This document shows positions 44,339-49,735 of a stretch of 49,735 bases of DNA, piece after piece; the first letter of the stretch is position 1, and every line of letters starts with the position of its first letter. The translations under genes were made by a program, and so were the position numbers. The notes under the pieces were generated by a model. It searched no databases. It worked only from the letters and a program-made list of their open reading frames with translations, and had not been told where the DNA came from. The stretch is from Chrysochromulina tobinii (taxonomy: Eukaryota), in contig JWZX01003376.1 of NCBI GenBank assembly GCA_001275005.1, forward strand, positions 1 through 49,735, read 5' to 3'.

Positions 44339-45289
44339 GCAGCGCGATCAAGAACATCGGCTCGTCGTCGGCAAACAGCCTCCGGCGGTGCAAGAGGGCT
44401 TCACGCGTACTGAGGATCTTCCCTTGCTTGGGATTGCTAAATAGCGACGAGAGGGTGGACGCAGCGCATCCTGTAGGGATCAGCATCTAGGGAATGACAT
44501 CTCGCATCAGCAAGCATCAGGTATCAGGTCGAATAGCGATCGACGACTCCCATGGCGGTTATGGCACATGGCGACATGGCCGGCATGTCTGAGTCCTCAA
44601 GGATTCCCCATGTGATCCTGTGGAGGGACCAGCGGATCAGCATCATCATCTAGGGAATGAGCTAGGCAGTCGCGGCAGCGGGCCGACGGCGGAATCCGCG
44701 CGCATGAGTCATGAGAAGCCGGCGCGCCGACAGGTGCTCAGTGGACTCAGAGCGAGCGTTTCCGGAAGGCCAACCGCAAGGTGAAGGCACGAAAGGCACG
44801 ATGCCGCATGTGTGGGGGCGTGCGTGAATGTCAGTACCGCGAAAATCTGCAGGGGAAATCTGACGCTTAAGACCACGGAAAACCCCCGCGCGAGTACTCG
44901 CGGCTGACCGCGCTCCGCGGCGACGAGGGCACACTGAGGCCAAGGCGCCGCCGCCGGCCCGACATCACCCGCCCACACACGCGGCCCGCCTGCACACGCG
45001 ATGCCCACACGGTGTGATCATGATGATCGGATCATGCACATCACAGATTCAAGTCCCACAACGCGCCGCCGCGGGCAGCGCCCGCGGAACACTTGAACAC
45101 ACGCGTTGGGCGTTGCAACCGAAGTTCAAAGTCCGCACCTTGAGCCATTCGCCAGCGAAGGAAACGCCAAACGATGCCAACGCGCGCCGCCGCCAGACGC
45201 CAGCTGCCACCAGCTGCCGCCACAACCACCACCGCGCCGGCGCGACGCGGGCTCAACCAGCCAGATTCGACCAGTTGCCTGACTGCCAT

Positions 45290-47871
45290 TTATTCAGCGA
45301 GGTAGTAGCCCACGCACGCCTTGCGTGAGTCGAGGAACTTTTGGGCGCCAGGGCAGACGTCGAGGAGCTGGGCGAGCTGTGGGGCCTGCAGGAGCGAGCG
45401 CCATCGCGGGCGTCCCGACTTGAGCCGCAGCGCCTCGGACTCGAACTCGGAGACGCCGACGGGCGCGTCGAGCACGAGGTCCTGTATGGGAATGAGCCCC
45501 TCGAGCTCGAGCACCATCGTGTTGGGGTGGGCCGCGACGTTCTTACAGAAGGTGCGATACTGCTCGATGTCGAGCTGCACCTTCTCGTACGAAGCGACGG
45601 TCGTCGGCGGCTCGAGGGGCGCCGTGGGCACGCGTACTGTCGGCAGCGGGTGGCGGGTGGCGTTGATTGCGTACGGCTGGCGCGCGAACCGATCGTAGTC
45701 GAATTGGGAAAGAATCCGGTTCTGGTAGCACTGGTCGGGTCCTCCCGGCCGCCACGTGCCCGGCGCGAGGTGGCAGACCGGCTTCTCCTTGGTGCCAGTT
45801 GCAACGACGCTCGGGTGGCTTACGCCGAAGCGCGAGGAGGCGGACAGGTCCTGGGCGCGCTGCTGCGTCGCGCGAACGAAGCCGCACGGTACCGTCGGGA
45901 TTACCGGCTTTCGGTCGACAAGGGCCGCGAGCGTGACAAGATTGTGGATGAGGGCATGCATGCGCCGAAAGGCGAGCCAGCGCATGCGTGCCGTCACGCC
46001 CATGGCCGGATCACCACTGTGCGGTGGCGTGAGCGCGTCGACGGCCGCATAGAAGCTCAACGGAAGCGCGAGCGCGCGCGTTTGGGGCGAAAAGGGCGCG
46101 CCCCGCGGCGTGATCTGCATGTCGTCGAGGCGCTCGTCCCAGAAGCCATGTGCACGCAGCCAAAAGAGGCGACCCGCCTTGGACCAGCACATGTGAGGGA
46201 AGCAGTGCCACATGTTCGTCAGGTGCAGGTACGAGAACGCCGGCGGGCTCGCCGCCGCCCACGCAGGCTCTGGGTCAGATCCGAGAGATGCGAGCCAGAT
46301 GGGCGCGATCATCATCCGGCCCCGCCGTAGCGGTCGGCTATCCTCCGCCACCACGCCGAGGGGGACTCCCTTGAATGTGGTGCCGGGCGACACCTGCACG
46401 TCGGCGCCCGAAGACTGGTTGACCGGAGGGCAGAGTGCCAGCCACGGAAGGGGCTGGCGAAGCGTGCCCCTCCAGAAGCGTCTAGCATGCTCTTCTTTAG
46501 GTGGCTTCCATGGAGGAAGTGACTTATCGAGCTTGAGGCTCTTCCACTTGACCCACCTGATGAGGAGAGGCAATCAGGAGCGGTCAGCGGCAACCAGCGG
46601 CAATCAGCAGCAATCCAAAATAGGATCATCCGATCGACCCACTTCTCCTGATGCAGCATGCCGCCGATCACGGTGCGCTTGTATCCGAGGAGAGGCCACA
46701 GGTCGCTGTCCTTGCCGTAGCCCACCGCCCAAGGAAACACGCGACGGTTGAGCTCAAGGCTCTTGGCCAAATCGTTCCATGCGTCTTGTTCCCACAGGAC
46801 CTCCCGCACAGGCGAGTCGGAGAGCGATGATCGGCGCAACTCAAGGAAAAGCGCGATGCGATCCCACACGGCGCGCGCGACCCACTCGGCGGCAGGCACG
46901 CCGTCCGCCTCAGCCGCCTCCGAATTCGGATCGTGGGCCGCCGCGCAGCTCTTGAGCTCTTGGCGGGCCTTCGTGCCCAGCTCACGGTTGGTGGGCGGTG
47001 CCTTGCCCGCGGCGTCGCGGTTGAAGTAAACGAAACCACAGTTGAGCGACTTTGACGCGTCTGCGTTCTGTGTCAGGATTACGTCCTGCTCGCTCAGCGG
47101 CGGCGCGCGCAGCAGCTGGTAGATGTCCGTGAGCAGGACCGCGTCCACGTCGAGGGACAGTACGTTGGCGCCCTCCTTGAGGAACTGCCACGAGACCCAC
47201 CAGCGCGACGCCCACAGCACATACACGTAGTGCAAATCATCGTGCACGCTGTGCTTCGGCTTCCACTGCTCCCAGCCGGGGTGCGATTTGGGGTACGACG
47301 AGTAGGCGCACGAGAGTGCCTCCTCTCCGAAGCGCTCCACCATCGGCTTCCAATCTTTTTGCAGAGTGTGGCAAGTACTCTCCTTATCCCCGAGGATGAG
47401 CCAGTGCTCGTATCCACGCTTGCGCATCTGATTCACCCAGTGGCCAGCCCACCCAATCATCTGGTGGTCGGACGTGAACATAATGATCTCTTTCTTGTAG
47501 CTACGGCGCTGCACCACGTACCGTGCCATCCCTGGGGCGGCCACATCGACCACGCGTGTGAGAGGACGCAGCTTGCCAACGCTCCAATAGCTATCCGCCG
47601 CGGCTACAGTGGGCGTGGGAGATGTCTCGTCCACTGCCGCCTGGATCTGCTCTGCCGCGGCTACGGTGGGCGTGGGAGGTGCATCGTCCACTGTCGCCTG
47701 GATCTGCTCTGTCGCTGGCGGAGGCACGGTCAGGCCGAGCGCCAACGGCCGATTACGCTCAGATGCCACCCGAACCTGCTGCGGCGAGTCTTGTCCCGAG
47801 TACTGCCACCAGCCGGTGGAGCCGAGGATGACGCCGATGAGCATGCCGCCGGCAAAGGGCCTGCCGCTCAT
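45290..47871 (-). CDS. Type II membrane glycosyltransferase, GT77 / nucleotide-diphospho-sugar transferase-like; intron 46557-46642
   Basis: N-terminal TM, DxD motif LSLDVDAV, LNCGFVYF, WEQDAWN and HLT. The intron joins ORFs 46312-48006 and 45290-46573 as QEK|WVKWK. Confidence 0.8.
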
Positions 47872-48090
47872 GATTCGCCGATTCGACTCGAGGCACAAGT
47901 GAAGTGCCGCCAGGCGCCGGCCGCCACGCTCGCACAAAACCCCTTTTTTTATTTTCACGGTCACGCCCAGTGGCCTGTTACCCCATGACACTCTAACGAT
48001 TGCCAAGTTAGTATATGATCTCGCGGCGTCGAAACGTCCGAAAAAAACTTCTGCAAACCTGGGTGCTGCTCCGTCCAGGAGCAGCCCAAC

Positions 48091-49512
48091 ATGGCAAGCC
48101 AGCTCAAAGCGGCCCCGTTGGGGAACGCGATGCCTGCTCCACGGCCGACTGTGCCGACCGCAGACGGGAGCACTCTCGGCACGGCAACCAAGTCGTCGTC
48201 GTTGCCGAAGAAACCTTCGGCAGAGATGCCCTCGTCATCATCATCACTGGCGCCCCTACAGCTTGCCAGGCCCTCGGGAGCGGAACCTGCCAGCAGCTCT
48301 ACCACGGGTGCTGCCAAAGCCAGCTTATTGCAGCAGTCATCCTCGCCCAGTGGCCCTTCCCAATCCTCTCGTCCCCCGATTGGTGAGATTTTGGGAAACG
48401 CCACCGAGGGCGGATTGTGGAACCTAGCCAAGATCCATTTGCCCATCATCCGGGCTATCGGGCAGGGATCAGCTGAGGAGGCTGCGGCATCGCTGGCTCT
48501 CAAGGGTGGTGAGACGGACGTGGCTCCACGCCAGCCACGTGTTAGCGTCAAAGACGTCTGTTTCGACACCAGTCCCTTCCTCGAGCGCGCGTCGCCCGTG
48601 CCCAACACAGTCTTCATCCGTTATCGAGAACAAGTTGATAACCACGCGATCGCCGAAGTGACCAGGGTGGAAAAGGAGGACCTGCTCCGACTCAAGGATC
48701 ACAATACAAACATGTGGATGGTTCGCGGTCGCGAGCTTGGTCGCGAGCGTCAGGAGCGGAAGGAGCACAGTCGCCTAGTGCAGCAGCTGCTGCAGGAGCG
48801 CAACGAGAGAAACGTGCGCGCCATGCGTGACCAGGAGGCCATCTGGCAGGCAGAGCGCGAGCGGCGACAAGAGGAGCACGAGCTGCTCACGCGTGAGCGC
48901 ATTCTCTTGGGGTCAGCACTTCAGGTGAAGATGACCCAGACTGAAGAAAAGGAGCAAGAGCACCATCGCCAACAGAGTCGACAGTATCGCGAGGAGTGGG
49001 CGCAGGCGGTGTCGAGGGCGCGCGAAGAGAAGCTCGCCACCAACAAATCCATGGTCGCACAAGTGCGCGCCATGACGGATCAGGCGACTGCGGAACAGCT
49101 CGCGTCCGCTAATCGCAAGGCTGTCGCACAGATCCGCGACAAGGCGCAGCAGTTGAAGAGCGAGCGCGAGAAGAGGGACGAGGAGTACCTCGAACGGGCG
49201 CGTGCCAACAGGCAACGAGCGGCTGCAACGCGCGTCAGCGCTAGGAGGGCGATGGAGGAGTCGCAGAACAATCGCAGGCGAGCAGCAGCGAAGGAGCGTG
49301 CCAATAATGATCTCGTCATTGAGACAAAGGTGCGAGTTCTTACCAGCAACCGCAGGGAAGTCGCGAATGTCTACAAGCAACGATTTGCTTCTGCAGAGGC
49401 CGCGGCAGAATGGGAGGCCAGCCCTCTGAACCGGCTACACGCTGCAGCCTCATTTCTCGTGCGGCTCAAGAAGCCCGCCGTAAGTACACCCCAAACATCT
49501 GTCAGGGTATGA
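48091..49512 (+). CDS. Coiled-coil protein of unknown function with a Ser/Pro-rich N-terminus
   Basis: 473-aa ORF with a long Glu/Arg/Gln-rich helical C-terminal half. Confidence 0.7.
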   Translation: MASQLKAAPLGNAMPAPRPTVPTADGSTLGTATKSSSLPKKPSAEMPSSSSSLAPLQLARPSGAEPASSSTTGAAKASLLQQSSSPSGPSQSSRPPIGEILGNATEGGLWNLAKIHLPIIRAIGQGSAEEAAASLALKGGETDVAPRQPRVSVKDVCFDTSPFLERASPVPNTVFIRYREQVDNHAIAEVTRVEKEDLLRLKDHNTNMWMVRGRELGRERQERKEHSRLVQQLLQERNERNVRAMRDQEAIWQAERERRQEEHELLTRERILLGSALQVKMTQTEEKEQEHHRQQSRQYREEWAQAVSRAREEKLATNKSMVAQVRAMTDQATAEQLASANRKAVAQIRDKAQQLKSEREKRDEEYLERARANRQRAAATRVSARRAMEESQNNRRRAAAKERANNDLVIETKVRVLTSNRREVANVYKQRFASAEAAAEWEASPLNRLHAAASFLVRLKKPAVSTPQTSVRV

Positions 49513-49735
49513 TGACGTGATCCCCGGCGGGCGAGGGAGGCCGGTGCCCATAATAAACTGCCTCAACCGTATGGAACCGTGCGTTGCGTCGGAATCGAGT
49601 TTTTTCAAGCGTCAAGGAATGTCCAGGATTACGTAACCGTTCTCCATCGGCTCCAGCTCAGGTCAGGGGTCTCAGGCCAGTAGTGGCGAGTGTGTAATCT
49701 GAGAACCCCTGGGAGTTAGGGGACCGCGATGGTAC

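Overview
GC-rich, gene-dense eukaryotic nuclear DNA with short GT-AG introns. There are no operons, rRNA/tRNA or CRISPR arrays. The style suggests an alga, probably a haptophyte (inference). About 20 protein-coding genes can be reconstructed, including EF-hand proteins, two glycosyltransferases, two LRR proteins, an ABC1 kinase, an R2R3-type Myb, Sec1/Munc18, a VIT/vWA protein, a Lin0512-family protein and a Ser/Thr kinase. Four things stand out. (1) A ~2,560-aa CHD-type SNF2 remodeller (30574-38642, -) carries PHD, two chromodomains, two CXXC fingers and Agenet/Tudor repeats. It also contains a segment matching the bacterial McrB N-terminal 5mC-binding domain (DUF3578). (2) Head-to-head with it, 234 bp away, is a PWWP + MBD-like + 2OG-Fe(II) dioxygenase whose catalytic fold is interrupted by CW and Tudor readers. 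Together these look like a candidate DNA-methylation reading/erasing module. (3) A beta-hydroxyacid dehydrogenase is fused to a phosphonatase-like HAD hydrolase. (4) Introns in unrelated genes share 10-bp CTGAT-containing repeats and a common 3' motif, and most begin with a duplicate of the downstream exon start, suggesting recent intron gain. All domain calls come from recognising motifs by eye; no database search was run.
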